A stretch of 64,000 nt of DNA from an uncultured Verrucomicrobiota bacterium (GTDB taxonomy: Bacteria > Verrucomicrobiota > Verrucomicrobiia > Limisphaerales > UBA1319). The notes beneath the pieces are model-generated. The model searched no databases, was not told where the DNA came from, and saw nothing but the letters and a program-made list of their open reading frames with translations. The stretch is from NCBI GenBank assembly GCA_964409245.1, contig CAYPCQ010000012.1, positions 30,747 through 94,746 on the forward strand, read 5' to 3'. The position numbers were made by a program, and so were the translations under genes. Shown piece by piece: positions 9,893 to 20,306 of the stretch (position 1 is its first letter; each line of letters begins with the position of its first letter).

Positions 9893-10141
9893 TCTTGGCC
9901 GGGGGGCAAGGTTTCCATAATATGCCATCCCACCCTCCTGCCCGCGGATTCCATCGCCTGGCGCAATAATCTGCGGCGCAGCCACTTCCATCCCACCTTC
10001 AGGAGCCTGGCGGAGGGAGTCCGGGCGTTTATTGAACACCGGCCGGCGTGAGCTGCGCCGGCCCTTGGCCTTTTAAGAATGTAGTTGGCAAAACGGTGAA
10101 ATCGCCCAATATTCACGATTTCGAGACGGTTTTGAGACGCT

Positions 10142-11974
10142 ATGGCGGAAAGCAAAAAGCACGTTTACGACGAGAGCAAGATCAAGACGCTCTCCTCGCT
10201 GGAGCACATCCGGCTGCGGACCGGCATGTACATCGGGCGCATCGGCAACGGGACGGATTACGATGATGGCTGTTACATCCTGCTGAAGGAGGTTCTGGAC
10301 AACGCGGTGGACGAATTCATCATGGGCCACGGCCGCGAGGTGCAAATCCAGATCCAAGGCAACCAGGTGAGCGTGCGGGATTTCGGCCGCGGGATCCCGC
10401 TGGGCAAGGTGGTGGACTGCGTATCCAAGATCAACACCGGGGCCAAATACAACGACGACGTCTTCCAGTTCAGCGTGGGGCTCAACGGCGTGGGCACGAA
10501 AGCGGTGAACGCGCTGTCCAAGGATTTCCTGGTGCGCAGCCACCGCGGGGGGGAATTCGTGGAAGCCGCCTTCAAAATCGGGCGGCTCAAGCAGCAAAAG
10601 GATGGCAAAAAGCCCGGCGAACCCGATGGCACATTCATCCAGTTCGAGCCGGATCCGACGATTTTCAAGGATTCCCATTTCCTGGAGGAGCACATTGAGC
10701 GGCGCCTGCGCCATTACGCCTACCTGAACTCGGGCCTGAAGCTGATCTTCAACGGCAAGGAATTCCAATCCCGCCTGGGCCTGCTGGACCTCGTCCTGGA
10801 GGATCTGGCGCGGGACCAGAGCGAGCCGATTTACTCGCCGCTGCATTACACCTCCAAGACGCTGGAGTTCTGCTTCACCCACACGAACAGCCGCTACGGC
10901 GAGACCTTTTTCTCCTTCGTCAACGGGCAATACACCTCGGACGGCGGCACGCACCTGAGCGCGTTCCGCGAGGGCCTGCTCAAGGCCATCAACGAATTCT
11001 CCCACGGCAAATACGAGGGCGACGACGTGCGCGAAAGCATGGTGGGCGCGGTGGCCATCCGCCTCAAGGATCCGGTGTTCGAATCCCAGACCAAGAACAA
11101 GCTGGGCAACACCGAGATCCGGTCCGACCTGGTCAACCAGGTGCGGGAAGAGCTGCTCCATTTCCTGAACCGCAACAAGGAGATCGCGGAAAAGATCCTC
11201 GCCAAAATCGAGGATACCCGCCAGCTGCGCAAAGAGCTGCAGGAGGTCAAAAAGCTCGCCCGGGAGCGGGCCAAGGCCATCACCATCCGCATTCCGCAGC
11301 TCAAGGATTGCAAGGTCCACTTCGACAAGAAAAAGGAAAAGGGGCACGGGAGCATGGTGTTCATCACGGAGGGCATGTCCGCCGCCGGGTCGATTGTCAG
11401 CTGCCGGGATGTGAACACCCAGGCGATCTTCACGCTCAAAGGCAAGCCGCTGAATGTGTGGGATCTCCACCGGGATGCCATCTATAAAAACGATGAGATG
11501 TATAATCTCATGCGCAGCCTGGACATCGAGGACACCCTGGAGAATCTCCGCTACGAAAAGGTGATCCTGGCCACCGATGCCGACGTGGACGGCCTCCATA
11601 TCCGGAACCTGATGATCACTTACTTTTTCCGGTTTTTCGACCAGCTGGTGCACGATGGCCACCTGTATGTCCTGGAGACGCCCCTGTTCCGCACCCGCAA
11701 CAAGGACAAAACCATCTATTGCTATTCCGAAACGGAGCGGGATGAGGCGGTGAAAACCCTGGGCAGGAATTTCGAGATCACCCGGTTCAAGGGCCTGGGC
11801 GAAATCTCCCCCCACGAATTCAAGCAGTTCATCGGCCCCCAGATGAAGCTGAGCCGGGTGGAATACGCCCCCAAGCAGGATACCCAGGTGATTTTATCGT
11901 TTTATATGGGCCGCAACACACCGGAGCGGAAGGATTACATCATGACCAACCTGATCGTCCCGGTCGAAGAGTGA
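10142..11974 (+). CDS. parE: Type IIA topoisomerase B subunit, short (topoisomerase IV ParE-like) form
   Basis: GHKL ATPase motifs (LEHIRLRTGMYIG, EVLDNAVDE, GLNGVG). Toprim motifs (FITEG, ATDADVDGLHI). The 610-aa length matches the short ParE form. Confidence 0.85.
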   Translation: MAESKKHVYDESKIKTLSSLEHIRLRTGMYIGRIGNGTDYDDGCYILLKEVLDNAVDEFIMGHGREVQIQIQGNQVSVRDFGRGIPLGKVVDCVSKINTGAKYNDDVFQFSVGLNGVGTKAVNALSKDFLVRSHRGGEFVEAAFKIGRLKQQKDGKKPGEPDGTFIQFEPDPTIFKDSHFLEEHIERRLRHYAYLNSGLKLIFNGKEFQSRLGLLDLVLEDLARDQSEPIYSPLHYTSKTLEFCFTHTNSRYGETFFSFVNGQYTSDGGTHLSAFREGLLKAINEFSHGKYEGDDVRESMVGAVAIRLKDPVFESQTKNKLGNTEIRSDLVNQVREELLHFLNRNKEIAEKILAKIEDTRQLRKELQEVKKLARERAKAITIRIPQLKDCKVHFDKKKEKGHGSMVFITEGMSAAGSIVSCRDVNTQAIFTLKGKPLNVWDLHRDAIYKNDEMYNLMRSLDIEDTLENLRYEKVILATDADVDGLHIRNLMITYFFRFFDQLVHDGHLYVLETPLFRTRNKDKTIYCYSETERDEAVKTLGRNFEITRFKGLGEISPHEFKQFIGPQMKLSRVEYAPKQDTQVILSFYMGRNTPERKDYIMTNLIVPVEE

Positions 11975-12008
11975 TCCCCTCGCCCCGCAACGCTGAATCT
12001 GACCGCCC

Positions 12009-14075
12009 ATGAAAGAGTCCGAAGCCAATAAACCCGTCCCGCCTGATCCTTCCGCGCCGGCCAATCCATCCAGCCATATCCAGACGGAATTGAATCTGGC
12101 GGCGCCGCCCTCCCCGCCGGTCACCGCCACCAAGGCCGAGGGCCTGCTGCACCGGCGGATGGACACGAATTTCCTGCAGTATGCCTCCTACGTGATCCGG
12201 GACCGCGCCATCCCGAACCTGGCGGACGGGCTGAAGCCGGTCCAGCGGCGCATCATGTGGTCGCTCCACGAAAAGGACGACGGCAAATTCATCAAGGTCG
12301 CCAACGTCTCCGGCCATTGCATGCAGTATCATCCGCACGGCAATGTGTCCATCGACGACGCGCTCGTCGTCCTGACCAACAAGCGCTACCTGATCGAAGG
12401 GCAGGGCAATTACGGCAACCTGTTCACCGGCGATGCCGCCGCGGCCTCCCGGTATATCGAGTGCCGGCTCACCGAGCTGGCCCGCACGGAGCTGTTCAAC
12501 GACGAGCTGACCGAGTTTGTGCCCAGCTACGACGGGCGCAACAAGGAGCCGGTGTTCCTGCCCTGCAAGCTGCCGCTGCTGCTGATGCTCGGCACGGAAG
12601 GCATCGCGGTGGGCCTCTCGGCCAAGATCCTGCCGCACAATTTCCCGGAGCTGCTGCAGGCCCAGATCGCCATCCTGCAGAACAAGCCGTTCAAGGTGCT
12701 CCCCGATTTCCAGACCGGCGGGCTCATGGATGCCCGGGATTACCAGGACGGCCTGGGCAGCATCAAGGTGCGCGCCAAAATCAAGGTCAAGGACGAGTCC
12801 ACCATCCTCATCAAGGAAATCCCCCCCACGTGCACCACGGAATCCCTGATCGACTCGATCGAGGACGCCTCGCGCAAAGGCAAGATCAAGGTGCGCGGCA
12901 TCAGCGATTTCACCGCCGAGTCGGTCGAGATCGAGGTGCGCGCCCCCGTGGGGGTGAGCGCCGAGCAGCTGGTGGATGCGCTCTATGCCTTCACTGATTG
13001 CGAGACGAGCATCACCAGCCGCATCATCGTGATCAAGGACGGCCGGCCGGTGGAATTATCCGTGTCGCAGGTGCTGCGCGAAAACACCGCCCAGCTGGTG
13101 GACCTGCTCAAGCGCGAGCTGGAGCTGAAGGAAAAGAAGCTGCTGGAGGATCTCTATTTCAAGACCCTGGTGCGCATCTTCATCGAGAACCGCATCTACA
13201 AAAAGATCGAGCAGTGCAAAAGCAACGAGGCGGTTTGCGAGGCCATCTTCGAGGGCTTCAAGCCCTTCCGCGCCGAGATGTACCGCGACCTCATCCAGGA
13301 TGACGTGGAGATGCTCCTCGGGGTGCGCATCCGGCGCATCTCCCTCTTCGACATCCACAAGCACCGGGACGAGATGGTCAAGGTCAAGGCGGAGCTGGAG
13401 GAGACCCGGCGCCACCTGAAAAACCTGACCAAATACGTTGTCAGCCACTTGCAGGGCCTGCTGGACAAATACGGCCCGCTGTATCCGCGGCTCACCCGCA
13501 GCAGCCGGTATGACGAGGTGGAGGCCCGCGAGGTGGCCTTCAAGACTTTCAAGGTTGCCTACGACCGCGAGAAAGGCTACCTCGGTTACAAGGTGGCGGG
13601 CGAGGAGTTCAACCTCGATTGCTCCAAGTTCGACAAATTGATGCTGATGTTCAAGGACGGCCATTACCGGGTTGTGGAGCTGCCCGAAAAACTGTTCATC
13701 GGGCCGGATCTCCTCTATTGCGCGGTGCCCGAACGGGACCGCGTGATGACCCTGGCCTACGCCAGCGGCGGGGCCACTTACCTGAAGCGGTTCACCTTCG
13801 GCGGGACGATCCTGAACAAGGAATACTGGTGCGTCCCGCTCAAATCGCGCATCCTGTTCTTCGAGCCGGACACGCCCGAAACCTTGTTTATCCGCTATAA
13901 GCCGGCCCCCTACCAAAAGATCAACCAGCAGACCTGCAGCCCGGCCGAAATCATGGTGAAAAACGTCAAGGCGCTGGGCAACCAGGTGTCGATCAAGGAG
14001 GTCGCCTCCATCACCAGCAAGCCCACCCGCGGCTGGGACTCGGAAGCCCCCACCTCCAAGCTGCAGTTCCCCTGA
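12009..14075 (+). CDS. parC: Type IIA topoisomerase A subunit, short (topoisomerase IV ParC-like) form
   Basis: FLQYASYVIRDRAIPNLADGLKPVQRRIMW. Catalytic-Tyr region AAAASRYIECRL. Lies 35 nt downstream of parE. Confidence 0.85.
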   Translation: MKESEANKPVPPDPSAPANPSSHIQTELNLAAPPSPPVTATKAEGLLHRRMDTNFLQYASYVIRDRAIPNLADGLKPVQRRIMWSLHEKDDGKFIKVANVSGHCMQYHPHGNVSIDDALVVLTNKRYLIEGQGNYGNLFTGDAAAASRYIECRLTELARTELFNDELTEFVPSYDGRNKEPVFLPCKLPLLLMLGTEGIAVGLSAKILPHNFPELLQAQIAILQNKPFKVLPDFQTGGLMDARDYQDGLGSIKVRAKIKVKDESTILIKEIPPTCTTESLIDSIEDASRKGKIKVRGISDFTAESVEIEVRAPVGVSAEQLVDALYAFTDCETSITSRIIVIKDGRPVELSVSQVLRENTAQLVDLLKRELELKEKKLLEDLYFKTLVRIFIENRIYKKIEQCKSNEAVCEAIFEGFKPFRAEMYRDLIQDDVEMLLGVRIRRISLFDIHKHRDEMVKVKAELEETRRHLKNLTKYVVSHLQGLLDKYGPLYPRLTRSSRYDEVEAREVAFKTFKVAYDREKGYLGYKVAGEEFNLDCSKFDKLMLMFKDGHYRVVELPEKLFIGPDLLYCAVPERDRVMTLAYASGGATYLKRFTFGGTILNKEYWCVPLKSRILFFEPDTPETLFIRYKPAPYQKINQQTCSPAEIMVKNVKALGNQVSIKEVASITSKPTRGWDSEAPTSKLQFP

Positions 14076-14195
14076 GCCGCGCCCCGGCAATGGGCGATTG
14101 ATCCTTCCGGGTGCAGGGGCACCGCTGAACGGAATCCGAGCCGCCGGCGGCGAGGCGGCGCGGCGCGGCACGCATTAACTTGACGATCCGGGCAG

Positions 14196-15515
14196 ATGTT
14201 CCACAATGCCGGAGTGCAGCAGGAATTGGATTTGGGATTGGTAAAAGAAACACCGAAAAAGCGGCCGCCAGCCGCCCTGCTGCCTTTGCCCGAGGAGCTG
14301 GCGGGCTTTTCGCTGGATGGCGGCAAACAAACCCGCATCTTGAAAACGCCCGTCCCGCTGGGGGATGGCCGCCAGGCGGAGATCGACACCTACGTGAACG
14401 AGTTTTGGACGGCCCGGCAGCGGGCCGCCCACGGGCTGCACGAAATCTCCTACCGCGCCTGTTTCAAGCCGCAGCTGCCCCGTTTTTTCATCGAGCGGCT
14501 GACCCAGCCGGGCGGCCGCGTTTACGATCCGTTCATGGGGCGGGGCACCAGCCTGCTGGAGGCCGCCCTGCTGGGCCGCGTGCCGGTGGGCAACGACATC
14601 AATCCCCTGAGCCTCACGATGATCCGGCCGCGGCTCAACCCGCCGGCGCTGGCGCAGGTCACCGCCCGCCTGAAGGAGCTGGATCTGTCCGAGGCCCCGG
14701 AATGGCCCGGGGAGCTGCTGGTCTTCTACCACCCGGACACGCTGCGGGAGATCGTGGCCCTGAAATTTTATTTCCTGGAGCGCCTGAAGGAAAAGGCGCT
14801 GGACCCGGTGGACGATTGGATCCGCATGGTGGCCATCAACCGGCTGACGGGGCACTCGGTGGGCTTTTTCTCCGTTTACAGCCTGCCGCCCAACCAGGCG
14901 GTGTCGGTGAAATCCCAGATCAAAATCAACGAACGCCTCAAGCAGGCGCCGCCGCTGCGGGACGTGCGGAAAATCATCACCAAGAAATCCAAGTCGCTGC
15001 TGGCGGATCTGACCGCCGAAGAAACCCGGCGGCTGGCCCGGTGCGCCAAAGCGGCGCAGCTGCTGAATGAGCCGGCCGAGGCCACCCCCCAGATCGCCGC
15101 GGATTCCGTGGCGCTGGCGGTCACCTCGCCGCCGTTCCTGGCGGTGGTGGATTATGCGCTGGATAACTGGCTCCGGTGCTGGTTCCTGGGCATCGACCCC
15201 AAGAGCGTCGAGATCTCCACGCCCAGGAGCGTCAAGACCTGGCGGGAGATCATGACCCGGGTGTTCCACGAGCTGTTCCGCGTGGTCCAGCCCGGAGGGC
15301 ATGTGGCCTTCGAGGTGGGCGAGGTCCACCGCGGCCAGACCCGGCTGGAGGATGAGGTTCTGCCCTGCGGCATCGCGGCCGGATTCAGCCCGGAGCTGGT
15401 GCTGATCAACGACCAGAAATTCACCAAAACCGCCCACTGCTGGGGCGTGGACAACAACGCCGGCGGCACCAATACCAACCGCATCGTGCTCTTCCGGAAA
15501 AAGCCGTTGAAATGA
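14196..15515 (+). CDS. Site-specific DNA methyltransferase (N4-C/N6-A class), orphan
   Basis: AdoMet motif VYDPFMGRGTSLLEAALLG. Catalytic motif VTSPPF downstream. No nuclease gene next to it. Confidence 0.7.
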   Translation: MFHNAGVQQELDLGLVKETPKKRPPAALLPLPEELAGFSLDGGKQTRILKTPVPLGDGRQAEIDTYVNEFWTARQRAAHGLHEISYRACFKPQLPRFFIERLTQPGGRVYDPFMGRGTSLLEAALLGRVPVGNDINPLSLTMIRPRLNPPALAQVTARLKELDLSEAPEWPGELLVFYHPDTLREIVALKFYFLERLKEKALDPVDDWIRMVAINRLTGHSVGFFSVYSLPPNQAVSVKSQIKINERLKQAPPLRDVRKIITKKSKSLLADLTAEETRRLARCAKAAQLLNEPAEATPQIAADSVALAVTSPPFLAVVDYALDNWLRCWFLGIDPKSVEISTPRSVKTWREIMTRVFHELFRVVQPGGHVAFEVGEVHRGQTRLEDEVLPCGIAAGFSPELVLINDQKFTKTAHCWGVDNNAGGTNTNRIVLFRKKPLK

Positions 15516-15534
15516 CCCCTGGCGAAGCTCCCTC

Positions 15535-16731
15535 ATGAAGACCACCCAAGTGCCATGGGCGGAATTGGCGGCCCGCCTGGACCGCTTCCGCGCCCGCCTG
15601 GAGGCCACGAGCCCGGATTGGGAGATGGTGGCGATTTTCAGCAAAATCAACCTCTACTACTTCACCGGGACCATGCCGGAGGGCCTGCTGGTCATCCCGC
15701 GGAACGGGGAGGCCGTCCTGTGGGTGCGCCGCAGCTTCGAGCGGGCCGCTGCCGAATCCCGGTTCCCGCAGATCCGGCCCATGGAAAGCTTCCGCGAGGC
15801 GGCGGCCGCCACCGGCCCGCTGCCGGCCACAGTCTTCCTGGAGACGGAAAAAGTGCCGCTCGCCCTGTATCAGCGCTTCCAAAAGCATTTCCCCTTCCAG
15901 CGGTTCCGGGCGGCGGACGCGGCGCTCGCCGCGGTGCGCGCGGTCAAAAGCCCGTATGAAATCCAGCGCCTGGAACAGGCGGGGGAAATCCACCGCCGGG
16001 TGCTGGAGGAGCGCCTGCCGGGCCTCCTGCGGGCGGGCATGAGCGAGGCCAGCCTGTGCGGGGAGCTGTTCCCGCTGCTGCTGGCGGAAGGCCACCATGG
16101 GGTGACGCGGTTCGGGATGTTCGACACGGAGATCGGCCTGGGGCTGGTGGCTTTCGGCGAAAGCTCCATCCACCCGAACTGCTTCAACGGCCCGGGCGGC
16201 AATTACGGCCTGGGCCCCGCCGTGCCTGCGCTGGGCAGCCGGGAACGGAAGCTCCAGCCCGGGGATCTGGTGTTCGTGGACATCGGCTGCGGCGTGGAAG
16301 GCTACCATACGGACAAAACCATGACCTGCATGTTCGGCCGCGCTCCCGCCCCGGAAGTGGCCGCCGCCCATCAACGGTGCGTGGAGATCCAGAATGAAAT
16401 CGCCGCCCGGCTCGTGCCCGGCGCCATCCCTTCCCAAATCTACCGGGATATCCTGGGGGGGCTGGACGCCGCCTTCCTGGAGAATTTCATGGGGTTTGGC
16501 GCGCGCCGGGTCAAGTTCCTGGGGCACAGCATCGGGCTGGTGGTGGATGAGCTGCCGGTGATCGCCGAGGGCTTCGACGAACCGCTGCAGGAGGGGATGG
16601 TGTTTGCCATCGAACCCAAAAAAGGCCTCCCGCAGGTGGGCATGGTCGGCATCGAAAACACGTTCCTGGCCACCCCCCAGGGCGGGCGCAGCCTCACCGG
16701 GAACCACCCCGGCCTGCTGCCGGTGTTTTGA
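15535..16731 (+). CDS. M24 family Xaa-Pro aminopeptidase (creatinase-N + pita-bread fold)
   Basis: Metal-ligand blocks VFVDIGCGVEGYHTDKT, LGHSIGLVVDELP, MVFAIEPK. Confidence 0.8.
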   Translation: MKTTQVPWAELAARLDRFRARLEATSPDWEMVAIFSKINLYYFTGTMPEGLLVIPRNGEAVLWVRRSFERAAAESRFPQIRPMESFREAAAATGPLPATVFLETEKVPLALYQRFQKHFPFQRFRAADAALAAVRAVKSPYEIQRLEQAGEIHRRVLEERLPGLLRAGMSEASLCGELFPLLLAEGHHGVTRFGMFDTEIGLGLVAFGESSIHPNCFNGPGGNYGLGPAVPALGSRERKLQPGDLVFVDIGCGVEGYHTDKTMTCMFGRAPAPEVAAAHQRCVEIQNEIAARLVPGAIPSQIYRDILGGLDAAFLENFMGFGARRVKFLGHSIGLVVDELPVIAEGFDEPLQEGMVFAIEPKKGLPQVGMVGIENTFLATPQGGRSLTGNHPGLLPVF

Positions 16732-16787
16732 CTTAAGGAACCGCGCCCTGGGCGCCGGAGCGTTGCGGATAACGGAGCAACGCCGGC

Positions 16788-17429
16788 TTATTGGCCGGCG
16801 CCGCGCGACCCTTGGAACTGCCTCACCGCCTGGGCACGGGTGTGGACATGGAGCTTTTTGTAAATGCGCTGCACATGCGTGCGCACGGTGTCGTAGGAAA
16901 TCCCCAACGCGGCCGCCGCTTCCTTGTAATGCCGGCCCTTGGCCAGGGCGGAAAGGACTTCCCCCTCCCGCAGCGTCAGCGGCTCCGCGGCAGTGGCCGC
17001 CGATTCAAACTGGCGGAAGGCGGTGATCACCTTGCGCGCGATGGCGCTGGACATGGGGGACCGGCCCGCGTGGACTTCCCGGATGGCTTCCAGCAATTCA
17101 TCCGGCAGGGTGGATTTCAAGAGGTAACTGCTGGCGCCGGCGAACAGGGATTGGCTGATGCGTTCGTAATCTTCAAAGACCGTGAACATGGCCACCTCGG
17201 CCTCCGGCAACCGGGCTTTGAGCTCCCGCACACAGTGGATCCCCGACTTTCCGGGCAGGTGGATATCCATCAGCACCACTTGGGGGCGCAGCGGGGGCAG
17301 GTGGCTCAGGGCCTCCTCCGCCGAGGAACACACGGCCACGCAGGTGAAACCCGCGGACCGGTCCAGCAGGCTTTTGACACCTTCGGCGAAACCAGCATCA
17401 TCCTCCACCATGGCAACCGAAATAGACAT
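16788..17429 (-). CDS. NarL/FixJ (LuxR-type HTH) response regulator
   Basis: REC domain (VAMVEDD..., VLMDIHLPGKSG). C-terminal LuxR HTH (LTLREGEVLSALAKGRHYKEAAAALGISYDTVRTHVQRIYKKL). Confidence 0.9.
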   Translation of the reverse strand: MSISVAMVEDDAGFAEGVKSLLDRSAGFTCVAVCSSAEEALSHLPPLRPQVVLMDIHLPGKSGIHCVRELKARLPEAEVAMFTVFEDYERISQSLFAGASSYLLKSTLPDELLEAIREVHAGRSPMSSAIARKVITAFRQFESAATAAEPLTLREGEVLSALAKGRHYKEAAAALGISYDTVRTHVQRIYKKLHVHTRAQAVRQFQGSRGAGQ

Positions 17430-17648
17430 AAATCACCGTTCCACATCCTTCATTACCTGAATCTCCCGCCGGGCGCCCGGATCCGGCCACCTGGGACGCC
17501 CCAGTTCATGGCCTTCCAGCCGGCGGCCGTTGGGCCATGATAATAAGCCAGCCCAAAGGGACGATCAAAAAGCAAAACTGCGTAATTTCTGCGTATCCCG
17601 CCGCCGGTTCCCTCCCCTGGCCCGCGGAAGGATCGCCGGAATTGGGCT

Positions 17649-20102
17649 TTAAATCCGGCCGCTCCCATGGCCTTCCAGCGGCACCGTGATGGTCACCATG
17701 GTGTTTTGGCCCAGCGTGGATTCGATCTGGATCCGGCCGCCCAAACTGGCCGCCCGGGCTCGCAAATTGCGCAAGCCATTGCCGCTGTTAACCGAACGGC
17801 CGGCACTGGGATCGGCATGGGCGGCCGGATCGAAGCCGCGCCCGTTATCGATAATCTTCAGGCAGAGAGTTTGATCCGGAAGCGCCCGCATTTTTACCGT
17901 GACCCGGGTGGCCCCGGAATGCTGCAAAATATTCCGCAAAACCTCCGCGAACATAAACACCAATTCCGCGCGGGCGTTGGAACTCAAGGTGGCCTCGGGG
18001 AGGAACTCCGGCAAATCGAGGTTGAGCGCCATCCCGGGAACCAGCAGGGCTTGGCGGGCCAGATGCTCCAGGCGGGCGGTGAAATTCTCCAGCTTGTCAT
18101 TGGCGGGATCCAGGCGCCAGACCAGGTCGCCGATGCTGGTGAGGGCGGAGCGCGCGGTATGGGCGATCTGATTCAAAAACCGGGAGGAATCGGCGGGCTG
18201 GCTGGCGGTGGCTTTGGCCAGCTCGCTCTGCAGGGCGATCTGGCTCAGCTGGGCCCCCAAATGATCATGCACATCCCGGGCCAGGCGTTCGCGCTCCTGG
18301 TTGCGGACCAATTGCCGCTCGGCCCGGCGCATCCGCGCCACGGCCCGCCGCCAGGCGGCGAACAGGAAGGCGCTGAAGGCGAGAAAACTGCTCAGAATGC
18401 CCAGCTTGGCGAATTCCGGCACCCGGTCCATCCGTTGCTGGATCGCCACCAGAAGCGGTTTTTCGAGGCTCCAATGGAACGGATCCGGCAAGCCCTTGGG
18501 CCCCCCGTAATACAGATAGGCCCGGCCGAAATTGCGGCCATTGCGGCCGAAATCCGGCGCGGCCACGAGCACATCGGCGTAGCCGTCGCCGTTCACATCC
18601 CCGGCAAAAGTGACCTGCCGGCCCATGAACTGCTGGGTGTTATCGCTTTCCACAATCCAGGAGGGCTGGCGGCCCAAGCCCTGGCGGGAGCCGTTGAAAA
18701 CCACGGCCGCCCCTTCGTTATACTGGCCATCGGTGGCATAAGGCACACCCACGATGGCGTCGTCGAAACCATCCCCATTGATATCACCCGCCCCGCTGAC
18801 ACTGAAGCCCAGCAAGGCATGGGCATGGTTGCTTTCCCCCACCCATTGCGGTTTCAGGCTCAACCCCGCCCGCGAGCCGTGATAGGCAAATGCCAGGCCT
18901 TCATTCAGGTCCCCGTGGTCGGCATAGGGAGCCCCCACGATGATGTCGGCGAAGCCATCGCCATTGACATCCCCGGCGGAAGCCGCGCTCCAGCCGAAAT
19001 GCTGCTCGTAGTTTTCATCCACATCTTTTTGCACCGGCCAATCATACTTGGCTTGCCAGGCGGGAGTGGGCAGCAATCCCGACGGTGATCCGTGATAAAC
19101 CAGAACCCGGCCGCCCGCCTTGGAAAGGCCGCTCCACTTGGCAACCCCAAGGATCAGATCATCGCAGCCATCGCCGTTCACATCCCCGGCGCAGGCGATG
19201 CAAAGCCCCTGTGCGCTGGGGATATCGGCCAAATCCCATTGCGCATCCGGGGTGGTTTTGGGCCCGGTAAGGGATCCGTGGAAAAGGAAGAGCCGGTAAA
19301 ACTGGCCCGCCGGCTGGTTGCTGATCGCGAAAATATACAGGTCGCCAAAACCGTCGCCATTCACATCCCCGGCGCGGCCCGCCAGGTAGAAGCTGGTGGC
19401 GCCGAGCTGGTTGGCGCTAATCTTCCAGCCGGGTGCAGGCAACAACCCCGAGGGTGATCCGCGATAGAGATAAGCCGCATCGCTGGCGCTGGGAGTGTCG
19501 GTGCCAGCCCGGGAAAGCACCAGGACATCATCAAACCCGTCCTGGTCCATATCGCCCACTCCCTCGGCCTGCACTCCGAAATATCCGCCGCCTGAGGGGT
19601 CGGCGGCGGTCCAGCTGGGCTTGGCGTGCAAACCGCTGGGTGAACCGTAATAAGCCCGAACGCGCCCGGCATTTTTATTATAGCCTGATTCGCAGATCAA
19701 AATATCCGCGCAGCCGTCCGCGTTCACATCCCCGGCACAGGCCACCTGGCTGGCAAACTTCGCCGCCGCCGTTTCCCATTCGGCGATCCAGGTGGGTGGC
19801 GGCGAAGGCTTCGGGGAATCCGCCGCCCGGGGTTTGGCGGAATGGCGTGGCCACCGGGGCGCAGGTTGCCGCTGGCCGCCGGAGGCGGTGCGGGCGGGGA
19901 TATCCCCTGGCTGCCCGCTTCCGCTACCGGAGCCAGCACGGGCCGGCCATAAGGCCAGGCCGTGGCTGAGGAATGCCGCGGAAACGGCCAGCAGCGCGAT
20001 GAACCTGAAAAATGCAAAGGCTGGGCTGCCGGGCGGCTTGCCTGGTGTATTCGGTTGCGTGTGTGGCGCTTTCAAAGCGCCTCCATGGGGTGGCTTTTGC
20101 AC
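17649..20102 (-). CDS. Sensor histidine kinase (HisKA_3/NarX-DesK type) with an extracytoplasmic 7x FG-GAP beta-propeller
   Basis: Seven AGDVNGDGxxDxxV repeats, then one TM helix, then ERERLARDVHDHLGAQLSQI (the HisKA_3 His box) and an HATPase_c domain (DNGRGF...GNGLRNLR). Lies upstream of the LuxR-type response regulator. Confidence 0.85.
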   Translation of the reverse strand: MQKPPHGGALKAPHTQPNTPGKPPGSPAFAFFRFIALLAVSAAFLSHGLALWPARAGSGSGSGQPGDIPARTASGGQRQPAPRWPRHSAKPRAADSPKPSPPPTWIAEWETAAAKFASQVACAGDVNADGCADILICESGYNKNAGRVRAYYGSPSGLHAKPSWTAADPSGGGYFGVQAEGVGDMDQDGFDDVLVLSRAGTDTPSASDAAYLYRGSPSGLLPAPGWKISANQLGATSFYLAGRAGDVNGDGFGDLYIFAISNQPAGQFYRLFLFHGSLTGPKTTPDAQWDLADIPSAQGLCIACAGDVNGDGCDDLILGVAKWSGLSKAGGRVLVYHGSPSGLLPTPAWQAKYDWPVQKDVDENYEQHFGWSAASAGDVNGDGFADIIVGAPYADHGDLNEGLAFAYHGSRAGLSLKPQWVGESNHAHALLGFSVSGAGDINGDGFDDAIVGVPYATDGQYNEGAAVVFNGSRQGLGRQPSWIVESDNTQQFMGRQVTFAGDVNGDGYADVLVAAPDFGRNGRNFGRAYLYYGGPKGLPDPFHWSLEKPLLVAIQQRMDRVPEFAKLGILSSFLAFSAFLFAAWRRAVARMRRAERQLVRNQERERLARDVHDHLGAQLSQIALQSELAKATASQPADSSRFLNQIAHTARSALTSIGDLVWRLDPANDKLENFTARLEHLARQALLVPGMALNLDLPEFLPEATLSSNARAELVFMFAEVLRNILQHSGATRVTVKMRALPDQTLCLKIIDNGRGFDPAAHADPSAGRSVNSGNGLRNLRARAASLGGRIQIESTLGQNTMVTITVPLEGHGSGRI

Positions 20103-20306
20103 TCGGACAGCACCATGAAAATATCCTATCCGTCCATTTATTGCAAGCTGGAATACAATGCGCCGCGCACCAAAAAATGCGCCGCCGGAACGGAGGAATA
20201 TTTCACGTGCGCGGAAAGCTGGACTTTTTGCCTGATTCAGGCATATTGGGAGTCAACAAAACGGTTTGAGGCGGTTCAATCCTCAACAAATCATATTGTC
20301 AAACCA

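Noticed and set aside
19962-20306. The N-terminal 115 aa of the 202-aa ORF that contains FlgM.
   Set aside because: That upstream part overlaps the kinase gene start in antisense and is low-complexity. The FlgM-like domain starts at the internal ATG 20307.
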